Assembly (NCBI GenBank): GCA_013151795.1 | Contig: JAADHQ010000052.1 | Coordinates: 7,565 to 56,982 of the forward strand | Direction of reading: 5' to 3' | Length of the DNA stretch: 49,418 nucleotides | Source of the DNA: Gammaproteobacteria bacterium | GTDB lineage: Bacteria > Pseudomonadota > Gammaproteobacteria > JAADHQ01 | Part shown: positions 29,046 to 39,335 of the stretch, piece by piece | How positions within the stretch are numbered: the first letter of the stretch is position 1 | How the letters are laid out: each line of letters opens with the position of its first letter | Position numbers and translations under genes: made by a program | The notes under the pieces: model-generated | Databases searched by the model: none | Seen by the model: only the letters and a program-made list of their open reading frames with translations | What the model was told of the DNA's origin: nothing

Positions 29046-31079
29046 TCCACTATGCCTTAGCAAGGCATCAATTGTAGGTTCACGACCTCTGAAGTCGACA
29101 AATAATTCCATGGGTTCTCGTGAACCACCTTTTTCAAGAATAGCCTGTAAAAAACGCTGCCCGGTTTGTGGGTCAAAAATATGGCTTTCTTCAAATGCTG
29201 AAAAAGCATCGGCTGATAAAACTTCGGCCCATTTGTAGCTGTAATACCCCGCAGCGTAGCCGCCTGCAAAAATATGAGAAAAACTGTGGGGAAAGCGATT
29301 AAATGATGGCGGCTGAAGAACAGCAACCTGTTGGCGGACCTCATCAAGCAATGCATATACCTGCGCACCTTTTTCAGGATCATAATCCCGGTGCATGCGA
29401 AAATCGAATAAGGAGAATTCCAGTTGACGTACCATTTGCATGGCAGACTGAAAGTTCTTTGCAGCTTTCATGCGTTGGTATAAATCATCCGGTATTTTTT
29501 CGCCGGTTTGATAATGTGATGCAAACAGATCAAGCGCTTCACGTTCCCAGCACCAGTTTTCCATAAACTGGCTGGGTAGTTCTACTGCATCCCAGGCCAC
29601 TCCGCTAATACCCGATACGCTGGTGTAATCTATTTTAGTCAGCATGTGGTGTAGTCCGTGACCAAATTCATGAAACAGGGTTTCAACTTCATTGTGAGTC
29701 AGGAGTGCCGGGTCATCTCCTACAGGAGGGGTGAAGTTACAGGTTAGATAGGCAACCGGGGTTTGTATTGTTTCATTGCGTTTTTTACGACTGATGCATT
29801 CATCCATCCAGGCGCCACCACGTTTATTGGCGCGAGCAAAGAGATCAAGAAAAAATTGTCCGCGAACATGACCATGACTATCTTTGATTTCATAAAATTG
29901 TACATCTTCATGCCAGGTATCGATGCCTGATTTTTGGGTAATCGAGATGCCATAAAGTTTACCTACAACAGCAAACATACCCTCAGTCACTTGTTGTGCA
30001 GGGAAGTAAGGTTTGACTTCTTCCTGTGATAGTTTGTATTCAGTTTGCCTGAGTTTTTCAGAATAATAGGCGATATCCCAAGCTTCCAGTTCCTTGAGAT
30101 GATGTTCTTTTGTTGCAAAAGCAGTGAGTTGATCCAGCTCCTGTTTTGCAATGGGTAGAGATTTATCGGCAAGCTCCTGCAGGAATTGTACGACCTGATC
30201 AGTGGACATAGCCATCTTGGTTGCGATGGAGCGTTCGGCGTAATTATTAAATCCTAATAGTTGTGCGACTTCATGCCTTAAAGCGAGAATCTCCTCCATT
30301 ACCGGGCTATTATCCCATTCACCTGCATTGGGACCTTCGTCTGATGCGCGTGTCACGTAGGTTTCATACATTTCACGGCGCAGGTCACGATTATCTGCAT
30401 AGGTGATAACAGGGTAGTAGGACGGGAATTCCAGATTGAGTAACCAGCCTTCTTTATTATCATTCTCTGCCTGTTGTTTAAGTAAAGCGATAGCAGTATC
30501 AGGTAGGCCGCAGAGGTCACTTTCACTGGTGATGTGTTTGCTCCATGCCTGAGTCGCATCAAGAACATTTTCACCAAATTTTGATGTTAGTCTGGACAGC
30601 TGTTGCATAATCTCGCGGTAGCGTTGTTTTTCCTCAGCCGATAAATCAATACCGGATAAATGAAAATCACGCAGTTCATTTTGAATGACCTTTGTTTGTG
30701 CTTCATCCAGTTTTGCGTAGGCGGGACTATTAGCAAGGGTTTTATAAGCTTTGAATAATTGTTCGTTTTGTCCAAGTTCAGTGTAATAGGCGCTGAGTTT
30801 TTCGAGACAGGCATTATAGGCATCACGTAATTCATCGCTGTTCATAACTGAATTCATGTGACTAACGGGAGACCAGATAGCACTCAGTCTGTCCATCATG
30901 TCTTCGATCGGTTCAACAAGATTATGCCAGTCAGGTGTCGTACAGGATTCCAGTAAATCGTCGAGTTGCTGGCGATTATCATTTAAAATCTGGTCGATAG
31001 CAGGCTCAACGTGTTCCGGTTTGATCTGACTGAAGGGAGGCAGACCGGTGAAATTTAATAACGGGTTTTCTGTGTTCAT
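29034..31079 (-). CDS. prlC: Oligopeptidase A (M3 metallopeptidase)
   Basis: 681 aa with the HEFGHGLHH zinc motif and full-length collinearity. Confidence 0.95.
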   Translation of the reverse strand: MNTENPLLNFTGLPPFSQIKPEHVEPAIDQILNDNRQQLDDLLESCTTPDWHNLVEPIEDMMDRLSAIWSPVSHMNSVMNSDELRDAYNACLEKLSAYYTELGQNEQLFKAYKTLANSPAYAKLDEAQTKVIQNELRDFHLSGIDLSAEEKQRYREIMQQLSRLTSKFGENVLDATQAWSKHITSESDLCGLPDTAIALLKQQAENDNKEGWLLNLEFPSYYPVITYADNRDLRREMYETYVTRASDEGPNAGEWDNSPVMEEILALRHEVAQLLGFNNYAERSIATKMAMSTDQVVQFLQELADKSLPIAKQELDQLTAFATKEHHLKELEAWDIAYYSEKLRQTEYKLSQEEVKPYFPAQQVTEGMFAVVGKLYGISITQKSGIDTWHEDVQFYEIKDSHGHVRGQFFLDLFARANKRGGAWMDECISRKKRNETIQTPVAYLTCNFTPPVGDDPALLTHNEVETLFHEFGHGLHHMLTKIDYTSVSGISGVAWDAVELPSQFMENWCWEREALDLFASHYQTGEKIPDDLYQRMKAAKNFQSAMQMVRQLEFSLFDFRMHRDYDPEKGAQVYALLDEVRQQVAVLQPPSFNRFPHSFSHIFAGGYAAGYYSYKWAEVLSADAFSAFEESHIFDPQTGQRFLQAILEKGGSREPMELFVDFRGREPTIDALLRHSGLAA

Positions 31080-31168
31080 GTATTTTTTGAATCCAGTGAT
31101 GGTGAAAAGATGTTAATCTGGCAGAATCCTAGTATATAGATATAGTGACAAAAAACGGAAATTAAAGC

Positions 31169-32152
31169 GTGAGCCATACACACCCCTATGATGCCCTGAC
31201 ACCGGATATGGTTTTACAGGCAATTGAAAGCCTGGGTTTTGAGACCAATGGCCGGCAATTGGCCTTGAACAGCTATGAAAACCGGGTGTATCAGGTAGGC
31301 CTCGAGGACGACAAACCCCTTATTGTTAAATTCTATCGTCCAGGGCGATGGAGTGTCGACGCCATCATGGAGGAACATGAGTTTAGTCTGGCTCTTGCCG
31401 GGAAGGAATTACCAATAGTGGCGCCACTCAGGGATGAAAGTGGAAAGACATTGCACAATTATAAAGGATTTCTTTTTGCTATTTTCCCGCGTGAGGGCGG
31501 TCACTGGCCAGAGCTGAATCAGCCCGAGCATAGAGAATGGATGGGACGTTTTCTGGCACAGATTCATTTGCTGGGAGAGTCAGCGCAATTTATCCATCGT
31601 CCTGGCATTAGCATCAAAACCTATGCTGAAGATTCTGTTCAATACTTACTTGAAAATAATTTTATACCCCGTGATCTTCTCCTGGCCTTTCAAACATTAA
31701 CAGATGATTTATTAATCCAGGTCAGACGTTGTTATGAACGGGCAGGTCAGGTGAAGCAGTTACGCATCCATGGCGATTGTCATTCAGGGAACATCCTCTG
31801 GACTGACGATGGCCCGCATTTTGTTGATTTTGATGATACGCGAACCGGTCCTGCGGTTCAGGATTTATGGATGTTGTTATCCGGCGATCGTCAGGAGATG
31901 AGCATACAGATGTCAGATATTATTGAAGGCTATGAAATGTTCAGGGAATTTGATGTGCGCGAATTACACCTTATTGAGCCCCTGCGAACCATGCGAATGC
32001 TTAATTATTCGGCCTGGCTGGCAAGGCGTTGGGATGATCCGGCGTTTCCGCATAATTTCCCCTGGTTTAATACACCACGTTACTGGGAAGACCAGATCCT
32101 GTCTTTGCGAGAGCAGTCAGCACGTCTGGATGAGCCAATATTAATGATATAA
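31169..32152 (+). CDS. srkA: Stress-response Ser/Thr kinase SrkA (YihE/RdoA family)
   Basis: LNSYENRVYQV and HGDCHSGNILW (APH-like catalytic loop). GTG start, with no in-frame ATG near the N-terminus. Confidence 0.85.
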   Translation: MSHTHPYDALTPDMVLQAIESLGFETNGRQLALNSYENRVYQVGLEDDKPLIVKFYRPGRWSVDAIMEEHEFSLALAGKELPIVAPLRDESGKTLHNYKGFLFAIFPREGGHWPELNQPEHREWMGRFLAQIHLLGESAQFIHRPGISIKTYAEDSVQYLLENNFIPRDLLLAFQTLTDDLLIQVRRCYERAGQVKQLRIHGDCHSGNILWTDDGPHFVDFDDTRTGPAVQDLWMLLSGDRQEMSIQMSDIIEGYEMFREFDVRELHLIEPLRTMRMLNYSAWLARRWDDPAFPHNFPWFNTPRYWEDQILSLREQSARLDEPILMI

Positions 32153-32363
32153 GGCCCGAAAAACATGATTCATCATGCTATTTTGGACTAACCGATTATC
32201 TGACATTTAATACCGTTTCTGAAAGAAATGCTTCATCCGGCTCGCAGAGACGGTAAAAACATGTAATGATGCTACTATAAGGACATGATAATAGCTCAGG
32301 GGCATCTATGTGTCTCTCGAAGAGAATATCGATGCAGATAAAAAAAGTATGGCAGGAATCTGA

Positions 32364-32675
32364 ATGCGTTACGGTATTATGATCAATCTGGATTACGATA
32401 CTCACCCTTATGAAGAGTGTCGTGATATTTGGCTTGCCATTCGCAGCGCGATGGTTGAAAGCGGTTTTCGTATTGAAGGCCGTTTGTTCACAATAGAGAT
32501 GTCGATAGAGGATGCAGGTAAGCTGGCATGTACCATAATGGAAGGAGTGAACAAAAATGAACTTCCAGATCATGATTTATTTGATTTCCTGAAGGAATTT
32601 TATGGTTACGATCATACGCAGACAGTTAACCTGTTACTGCCACCTACCGATAATATTGATCTACATGAAGATTAA
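32364..32675 (+). CDS. Small hypothetical protein (possible VapD/Cas2-like ferredoxin fold)
   Basis: AGGA lies 6 nt before the ATG. The pattern MRYGIMINLDYD...GFRIEGRLFT...LKEFYGYDHT loosely parallels VapD. The antisense ORF 32196-32573 looks non-coding. Confidence 0.45.
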   Translation: MRYGIMINLDYDTHPYEECRDIWLAIRSAMVESGFRIEGRLFTIEMSIEDAGKLACTIMEGVNKNELPDHDLFDFLKEFYGYDHTQTVNLLLPPTDNIDLHED

Positions 32676-32716
32676 TGTTCTGCCTTCCCTGATCTAGAAT
32701 AATTCACTGAAAAAAA

Positions 32717-33385
32717 ATGACTAAACTCCAGTTTATAGAAAAGCCCGGGTATCGCGAGCGGCAGTTGCAGCGGCGATTTAATAATCCGTTATTTTCTGTG
32801 TCACAACAAATAGTCAGTCAGTCGCAGCTGGATGCCGCACGTCAGCAAGATAAAGAAGAAGTGGTTGTTTTTATCGAAGCCCTGCAGTCGCTATTGATGG
32901 AGGTTGGGTCTTTTTCTGGCATGGAAGAAACGGACAAGATCCTCGAAACCAAAGAACGTGCAGATAAACTCTATGAGCAATGTGCAGGGCTGACCGGTGA
33001 CCATAGTCGTGAGAGTGAAGGACTGTTGAAGCTAAATGAAGCCATTATGAAAAGTATCCGGTCTGCTGCAGGAGATGACCCGCTGGCAATTGAAGAATTA
33101 AGTCGCGAGCAACAAGCTCGGGAGATGCACCTCCGGTTGCTTGAATACCCACTCGTTGTGGACATGCTAAGAGCGGATAATGGCATAGAAGCGGATGAAT
33201 TACTGCCCACGATACTCTCTGAGAATGACGAATCAATTCATATAGCATTGAGTCTTTTTGATGCACCGCAGCGTGAGGTTCTGGCAGAAGAAGCTGATCG
33301 CTTGAAGCAGGATTTGCAGTCGCGTGGAGCCCTCAGCGAGTCGTTAGAAGCCAGGTTCAGCGCGATGACTTCCGCGCCACAATAG
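32717..33385 (+). CDS. Acidic, helix-rich hypothetical protein
   Basis: 222-aa ORF located 41 nt after the previous gene and followed by a hairpin terminator. No family recognised. Confidence 0.5.
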   Translation: MTKLQFIEKPGYRERQLQRRFNNPLFSVSQQIVSQSQLDAARQQDKEEVVVFIEALQSLLMEVGSFSGMEETDKILETKERADKLYEQCAGLTGDHSRESEGLLKLNEAIMKSIRSAAGDDPLAIEELSREQQAREMHLRLLEYPLVVDMLRADNGIEADELLPTILSENDESIHIALSLFDAPQREVLAEEADRLKQDLQSRGALSESLEARFSAMTSAPQ

Positions 33386-33420
33386 GTGGCTGGGTATAGA
33401 AGCCACCTCATTTCGTTTTC
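33385..33420 (+). terminator. Rho-independent terminator
   Basis: GGTGGCT (33385-33391) pairs with AGCCACC (33401-33407), followed by a T-rich tail. Confidence 0.55.
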
Positions 33421-33672
33421 TTAAAACATCCCCCCGAGTTTATTGGCAGAATATAGTTATTTGCTAATATTCCAGCGAATTATCCAGCCTTTCAGGCATT
33501 AAAGTTTAGTGTGAATTGACCGATATATGCTTAAAATGTTTAGATATTTTTCATAATAAGACTATAATTATCGGTGTGTAATACCCTGATTTTGTAAGGT
33601 AATATTTTTTCGCAAGTTATATAAATAATAAACTGTATTAATCACAAAAAATTAGAAATATAAGGAAAAGTT

Positions 33673-35895
33673 ATGGTGCAGCACATATGCAGTTATAGAA
33701 AACCGGGCGTTATTTTATTGTCCTGTTTGTTAGTCTGGTTTTCGCAAGTTAGCGCAGATGTGGGTGACAGTTTAGTCGTTAGCTCAGATGGCAGCCGATT
33801 ACGCAGTCTACCGTCAACTCGTGGTGTTGTTTTACAGAAACTAAAACGAGGTGATGCAGTAATTGAAATCCTGCGGAAGAAAAAATGGATTAATGTCAGC
33901 ATTCAGGGGCAAGGTATTAACGGATGGATATTTCATAAAAGCGTAAAGCCATTAGTACAGGATGCCAAAAGACTACAGTTAGCAAAAAAAATACAGAAAA
34001 AAACAAGTGGTATCAGTCATGGTTTGAAATTAAGTCTGGCAGAACTCGGCTATAAAAATGGTGTGCTGTTTGAAGGTTCTGCAGCTAATCATGCTCGACA
34101 ATTGTATTTTCAGGTGCCTCAGGATATGCCAACGAAGCGAGGCCTGCTTCGTATTCATTATCGTTTTTCACCCTTGTTGGAGGAACACTCCAATATGCGA
34201 ATTTTTGTAAATGATTCGCCCAGAAAGGTTGTTCGACTCAAGGGCAATTCTCATACCGGCTGGCTTTCTGTAAAACTGAATCGCGCAGATTTAAAAAAAC
34301 GTTTTGTGCAGATCGGCATCAAGAGTGCCATGTTGATTTCCAAAGACCGCTGTTTTGATGAGCGGGTTGGCGGTGCCTATTTACAGATTTTGCCAGATAC
34401 ATCCATAAACTGGGACCTGGGTAATAAAATAACCAGTATACGTAGTTACTGGCAGTTGTTGCCAGCAAAGGTAGTAGTGAGCCTGCCAAAGGGTGAGTTG
34501 AATGCCGAATTATTTCGTAATGCTTTGGGTTTGACGAAACAATTAATACGTAGTGGCCGTGAGGTTCGTTTTACACGTTTACCGAAGATGGGTGATATTG
34601 TGGTAGCGCCACGAGAAAATGTAAGCGCGTGGTTAAACGCAGAATACAAGGATCTGACGGTCGCTAACCTGGGTCAGGCTGGCAAGGATAACAACCTTGT
34701 ATTGATTAACTTACCGGACAGACAATTCCTTGCTGTATGGGGAACACATGACCAGCAGTCACTGAGTTTTCTTTCAGATTACTGGCGCAGTCTGGCAGCC
34801 AGTAGTGGCTACAAGGTTCATAGTGGGTCAGGGCCAGGAGAGCTGACTGAAGACAGTTATGTAATGAAATTAAAAGACCTCGGGATGAATACAGCCGCAA
34901 TTGAAATGGCAAGGAAGGCATCATGGGACACTACAATTAACCCGTCTCAATTACCACCAGGCCACCGATTAAACAAGGTCAGGGTGCGACTAATTGCTGC
35001 ACCGAGTACAACAGACAAGCCGGTTATGTTTTACAGTTACCTTAATGGAGTATTAATCAAGGCAGTACGGCTTGAAGATACAGGTGAGACACAGGATATA
35101 ATACTTTCTTTGCCGCAAGGGCAAATGGAGCGAACCAATAATCTTAATTTTGTTGCACAGCGGGACATATCTGCACTTGATATGGGTTGTACAGGTGAGC
35201 CTATGCGGTTCCCTATACAGATTAAACCGGATAGTGAAATAGAAACCATTCTTGATGATACCGTGCCAGAGCGATTTGCAAATTTACCTGCTTACTTCGC
35301 CAAAGGGTTTGATGTTTATCTGCCTGACTCGTATTTGCAGCAACCAGAAAGATCACTGAGTTTCCTTGCCTCATTTATGAATGATATGGATTTGCCTTTG
35401 CGGTCAGATCGATTACGTTTTTATCAGCCAAAAGACAAGATCGAACCAGGCAAACCTTTTATATTGTTAGGCCGGGCACAAACCGCGTTTGATAAACAGA
35501 GTGTTTACCTGGATAAGGGGCGTATTGATGTTATTAACCAACAGGGTAATGTGTTGCTTGCAGTAGATGCCTTGCCCAAGGTTAGTATTGCCCAGATTGT
35601 ACGGTCGAATGATGCCTATGGCTTGTGGTTAATACCGCCCGAGTCAGGGAAATTGGCTCGCATCAGTGACATGCATCTGAGCCAGGATGATGTAGCGTTC
35701 GCCGATAAGAATGGCGTTTTGTTAACGCTGGATAGCTCGCAGCCGGGTTTATCACGCGTAGCCTACCCTGATAATGTTGGCTGGTTTGAATTATTTGGTG
35801 AATACCGGTTCTGGTATTTTGCGATTGCATGGTTGTTGTTAACCAGCTTGATAATATATTTGTATCGTTTATCCAAGTCACACCGTAAAAACTGA
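33673..35895 (+). CDS. BcsB-like periplasmic synthase subunit with an N-terminal SH3b-like domain and a C-terminal TM anchor
   Basis: Signal peptide and SH3b-like LRSLPSTRGVVLQKLKRGDAV...WINV..GWI. LSLAELGY...LYFQVP...LRIHYRFSPLL...SNMRIFVND resembles the BcsB N-terminus. A single C-terminal TM (FWYFAIAWLLLTSLIIYLY) matches BcsB topology. Confidence 0.6.
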   Translation: MVQHICSYRKPGVILLSCLLVWFSQVSADVGDSLVVSSDGSRLRSLPSTRGVVLQKLKRGDAVIEILRKKKWINVSIQGQGINGWIFHKSVKPLVQDAKRLQLAKKIQKKTSGISHGLKLSLAELGYKNGVLFEGSAANHARQLYFQVPQDMPTKRGLLRIHYRFSPLLEEHSNMRIFVNDSPRKVVRLKGNSHTGWLSVKLNRADLKKRFVQIGIKSAMLISKDRCFDERVGGAYLQILPDTSINWDLGNKITSIRSYWQLLPAKVVVSLPKGELNAELFRNALGLTKQLIRSGREVRFTRLPKMGDIVVAPRENVSAWLNAEYKDLTVANLGQAGKDNNLVLINLPDRQFLAVWGTHDQQSLSFLSDYWRSLAASSGYKVHSGSGPGELTEDSYVMKLKDLGMNTAAIEMARKASWDTTINPSQLPPGHRLNKVRVRLIAAPSTTDKPVMFYSYLNGVLIKAVRLEDTGETQDIILSLPQGQMERTNNLNFVAQRDISALDMGCTGEPMRFPIQIKPDSEIETILDDTVPERFANLPAYFAKGFDVYLPDSYLQQPERSLSFLASFMNDMDLPLRSDRLRFYQPKDKIEPGKPFILLGRAQTAFDKQSVYLDKGRIDVINQQGNVLLAVDALPKVSIAQIVRSNDAYGLWLIPPESGKLARISDMHLSQDDVAFADKNGVLLTLDSSQPGLSRVAYPDNVGWFELFGEYRFWYFAIAWLLLTSLIIYLYRLSKSHRKN

Positions 35896-35947
35896 TTGAA
35901 TATAAAATTCAGCAGTGATGATAAGCAAACGGTAACGGGAGCATAGT

Positions 35948-37840
35948 GTGAACAGAGATGGGCGCGACATAGATGATGTTAAACACATCCCGTTGGGCGA
36001 GTTGCTGATTTCAGCTGGCGTGCTGGACAAAGATCATTTACAACAAGCATTATTAATACAAAAGGAATGGGGAACCCGGCTGGGAGATATTCTGCTGGCC
36101 AAGGGTTGGGTACGTGCACTTGATTTTTATCAGGTATTGGCAGACCACTACGAATTGCCTTTTATTAATCTGATGGAAGAGTCAGTTGATAACCGGCTAT
36201 TAAATGAATCTGATATTGGCATGTATGCTGAACACCTTATTTTACCCTGGAGAGAAAAGGGTGGAAGATTAACTGTAGTGATGGCTGATCCAGGTCCGGA
36301 AGCTATGGCCTTTGCATCTCAGCATTTCGGTAAAGATATTGATTTTGCAGTGACGTCGAAGTTCGACATCATGTGGATGTTGCAGGAAAATAATAATTCA
36401 TTCTTAAGTCATCAGGCAGTCTATGCACTGTCAGACAATGATATTGAAATGTCAGCTCGTCAGGTTTTTACTGGCAGGCAGTTAATTGTTATCTATTCTT
36501 TAATGACATTTTTTCTGTTGGCGTTAACAATGTATCCTATCGGTACATTAGTTACAGTGAATTTTATTATAGCTGTATTTCTTTTGGTTAATTTTGGGTT
36601 ACGTGCTTTTTTAACCTGGGTGGGTGGCGACCGCCATATAGACATCAAGGTTACAGACAATCAGGTTAGCATATTAGACGACAAGGAATTGCCGACCTAT
36701 ACCATTCTTGTACCCATGTACAAAGAGCCTGAAGTTATACAATACCTTGCCAGTTCTTTACGTAAACTTGATTATCCTTTATCAAAGCTGGATATAAAAT
36801 TAATTCTGGAAGAGGATGACGATGAGACAATCGAGGCGGCGAAAAAACTGGGTCTCGAAGGTATTTTCGAAATTATACGTGTCCCGGATTCTCTACCGAA
36901 AACAAAACCTAAAGCCTGTAACTATGCCCTGCATTTTGCGCGTGGTGAATATGTAACTATTTATGATGCAGAGGACAGGCCGGAACCAGACCAGCTAAAA
37001 AAAGCGGTCGTGGCATTCAGGGCTGCACCCGATAACACTGTTTGCATACAGGCCCGGCTTAATTATTTTAATGCCAATGAAAACTGGCTAACCCGCATGT
37101 TTACGCTGGAATATTCATTATGGTTTGATTTTTATCTGCCTGCACTCGAAGCACTTAAAATACCTATCCCGCTTGGGGGCACATCCAATCATTTTAAAAT
37201 GGATGTTCTGCGCGAGGTAGGTGCATGGGACCCTTTTAATGTGACCGAAGATGCCGACCTGGGTGTAAGAATTACACAAATGGGATACCGGGTAGGCGTT
37301 GTAAATTCCACAACCTTTGAAGAGGCGAACAGTCGATACGGTAACTGGATCAGGCAACGTTCACGTTGGATAAAAGGGTACATGCAAACCTACCTCGTGC
37401 ACATGCGGAGTCCGATTAAATTATATGCCAGCCTGGGTCATGTGGGTTTCTGGGGGTTTCAATTTTTCATCGGTGGGGCAGTGCTGAGCACTCTGCTTGC
37501 TCCACTTCTGTACGCTATGTATATCATGTGGCTAATAACAGATACACATGCTTACGATATAGTATTTCCACCATTGGTCTTATATATCAGCCTGATTAAT
37601 TTACTGGTGGGAAATGGTTATCTTATATATCTGTCAATGCTGGGGGCATTTAAACGGCATCTGTATTCATTGATTCCGTTTGGTCTGACCATGCCATTTT
37701 ACTGGTTGATGATGTCAGTGGCCGCATACAAGGCACTATGGCAATTAATACACAATCCGTTTTATTGGGAAAAAACATTGCATGGCATAACTAATTATAA
37801 TTCCGATGAGACAGAAGAAAAGGCCAAAGATGTCACCTAA
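35948..37840 (+). CDS. Processive family-2 glycosyltransferase (synthase) with an N-terminal MshEN/T2SSE_N c-di-GMP-binding-type domain
   Basis: GTG start 6 nt after GGGAG. Residues 15-67 form a tandem 24-aa MshEN motif. After that come 2 TM segments, the GT2 core (VPMYKE, YDAED, VTEDADLG, QRSRWIKG), 3-4 C-terminal TM segments and WEKTLHG. No PilZ domain. Confidence 0.85.
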   Translation: MNRDGRDIDDVKHIPLGELLISAGVLDKDHLQQALLIQKEWGTRLGDILLAKGWVRALDFYQVLADHYELPFINLMEESVDNRLLNESDIGMYAEHLILPWREKGGRLTVVMADPGPEAMAFASQHFGKDIDFAVTSKFDIMWMLQENNNSFLSHQAVYALSDNDIEMSARQVFTGRQLIVIYSLMTFFLLALTMYPIGTLVTVNFIIAVFLLVNFGLRAFLTWVGGDRHIDIKVTDNQVSILDDKELPTYTILVPMYKEPEVIQYLASSLRKLDYPLSKLDIKLILEEDDDETIEAAKKLGLEGIFEIIRVPDSLPKTKPKACNYALHFARGEYVTIYDAEDRPEPDQLKKAVVAFRAAPDNTVCIQARLNYFNANENWLTRMFTLEYSLWFDFYLPALEALKIPIPLGGTSNHFKMDVLREVGAWDPFNVTEDADLGVRITQMGYRVGVVNSTTFEEANSRYGNWIRQRSRWIKGYMQTYLVHMRSPIKLYASLGHVGFWGFQFFIGGAVLSTLLAPLLYAMYIMWLITDTHAYDIVFPPLVLYISLINLLVGNGYLIYLSMLGAFKRHLYSLIPFGLTMPFYWLMMSVAAYKALWQLIHNPFYWEKTLHGITNYNSDETEEKAKDVT

Positions 37841-39335
37841 AGTTAATCGGCTGGAATTGTTTCTTATTTTTATGGCAGTTACCTTGTTGCTGAGCCTGTG
37901 TAGCATCTGGTTGTTGTCGCATAATTATGTCAATGAATTTGCACTGAGCAGATGGGCTAAAGTATTGTCCGTACTGGATTCTCCAGAGACCCGGATAGAA
38001 CATCTGGGGCTTATATATCCTCATTTTCCTGTTTATGTCCTGATGCCATTTTATTACCTGCCTGGTCTTGATTCCGGAGCCGCACCATTTTTTGCCTCTG
38101 TTGTTGTTGGCGCAATATTAATTGGTATCTGGAATTATCATCTGGCCAGAAAGCAATACAGCTTGTCTATACGACTTGCGATGATTTTGCTTGTTGTTAG
38201 TCACCCGTATTTCCTGTGGGGGATAACGACGGGGGCACAGCATGCACTTAGTTTATTGATGTTTTACTGGTTGTATATGGCATTGGTAAGGCTGGTGAAT
38301 GTTCAGGATGTACGTTCATTTATTATGATCGGTCTGGTACTTGCGATTTATTTTTTTATTGATGAAAGAACCTTCTATTTATTTATGGCATTGTTGCCAC
38401 TCATTTCAATTATTGCCCCCAAACGTATGCTCAGAGAGTCTACGACCAGTGTCTATTTAATAATAGCCGCACCGTTGGCGGTTTCTGTCGCATCATGGGC
38501 CTATTTGAACTGGATATTTCATAATGATGCCAGTTTGTTTTTAAGTTCCTCCGGTTCTGCATTTCGCGGGGCATGGCAAGACACCCCTCATATTTCATGG
38601 CTTAGATCATATGGGGGCGATTTTTTTACACCCACGATTCTGACCGGGCTGCTTTCGTTAATGGCCTATCCTGTCTTGTTCTGGTTGTTGTATCACGCGA
38701 AACGACATCGAATATTACTGGGCAGTACGCTGGTATTATTGATACACCCGGTTGTGGCGTCTGGGCTGGCAACCAGTAATTATTTTCTTGAACATCCAAT
38801 GAATATGGTTTTTCTGTTTAGTGCAGGGATCATGGCAGGCATCGTATTGCTCCCAAGGGAAACAAAAAGTGCGAGAATGAGCTTGCTGGCATTGCTTGCA
38901 CTGAGTAGTGCGATGGCCTGGTTTAGTTTTTCCTGGTTTGCCACGGCCGATATGCAACGCTGGCAGTCTGCGGTAATGGGCAAGTCGTTAAAAGACAGTA
39001 GCCCTGGTGATGTTATTCTAGGGCAGTGGCTGGATAAAAACAGGCAGGTGACATTGCTTGATGACAAGACAGCCTATCGGGTTATAGTGGCAAGAGGTGA
39101 TGCAAAGAATCTGATATTGCCATTTTCATCCAAGTTCAAAACTAATATGAAAAACAAGTGGCCAAAGATAGCTCAACTGGCAGTATCGGAGCCTGGTTAC
39201 ATACATAATAAACAGGATCACCTGAATCAGCGTTTTCCTGATTTGTATTATAAGGGAATGCCGGGTTATAAGCTGGTATATGACAATCAGCATTGGCGCG
39301 TATATCGACAGATAATATCTGGAGCAAATCAATGA
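37806..39335 (+). CDS. Polytopic inner-membrane protein (about 10 or more TM segments plus a C-terminal soluble domain), function unknown
   Basis: Overlaps the GT2 gene. The alternative ATG at 37830 gives an 11-nt overlap. The hydrophobic repeats and topology recall GT-C/ArnT-like proteins, but no motif could be assigned. Confidence 0.7.
   Translation: MRQKKRPKMSPKVNRLELFLIFMAVTLLLSLCSIWLLSHNYVNEFALSRWAKVLSVLDSPETRIEHLGLIYPHFPVYVLMPFYYLPGLDSGAAPFFASVVVGAILIGIWNYHLARKQYSLSIRLAMILLVVSHPYFLWGITTGAQHALSLLMFYWLYMALVRLVNVQDVRSFIMIGLVLAIYFFIDERTFYLFMALLPLISIIAPKRMLRESTTSVYLIIAAPLAVSVASWAYLNWIFHNDASLFLSSSGSAFRGAWQDTPHISWLRSYGGDFFTPTILTGLLSLMAYPVLFWLLYHAKRHRILLGSTLVLLIHPVVASGLATSNYFLEHPMNMVFLFSAGIMAGIVLLPRETKSARMSLLALLALSSAMAWFSFSWFATADMQRWQSAVMGKSLKDSSPGDVILGQWLDKNRQVTLLDDKTAYRVIVARGDAKNLILPFSSKFKTNMKNKWPKIAQLAVSEPGYIHNKQDHLNQRFPDLYYKGMPGYKLVYDNQHWRVYRQIISGANQ

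Noticed and set aside
32196-32573. 125-aa minus-strand ORF overlapping the small plus-strand gene
   Set aside because: Its composition is Cys/His/Phe-rich and irregular, and it has no ribosome-binding site. The plus-strand ORF has AGGA at the correct spacing and a protein-like sequence.
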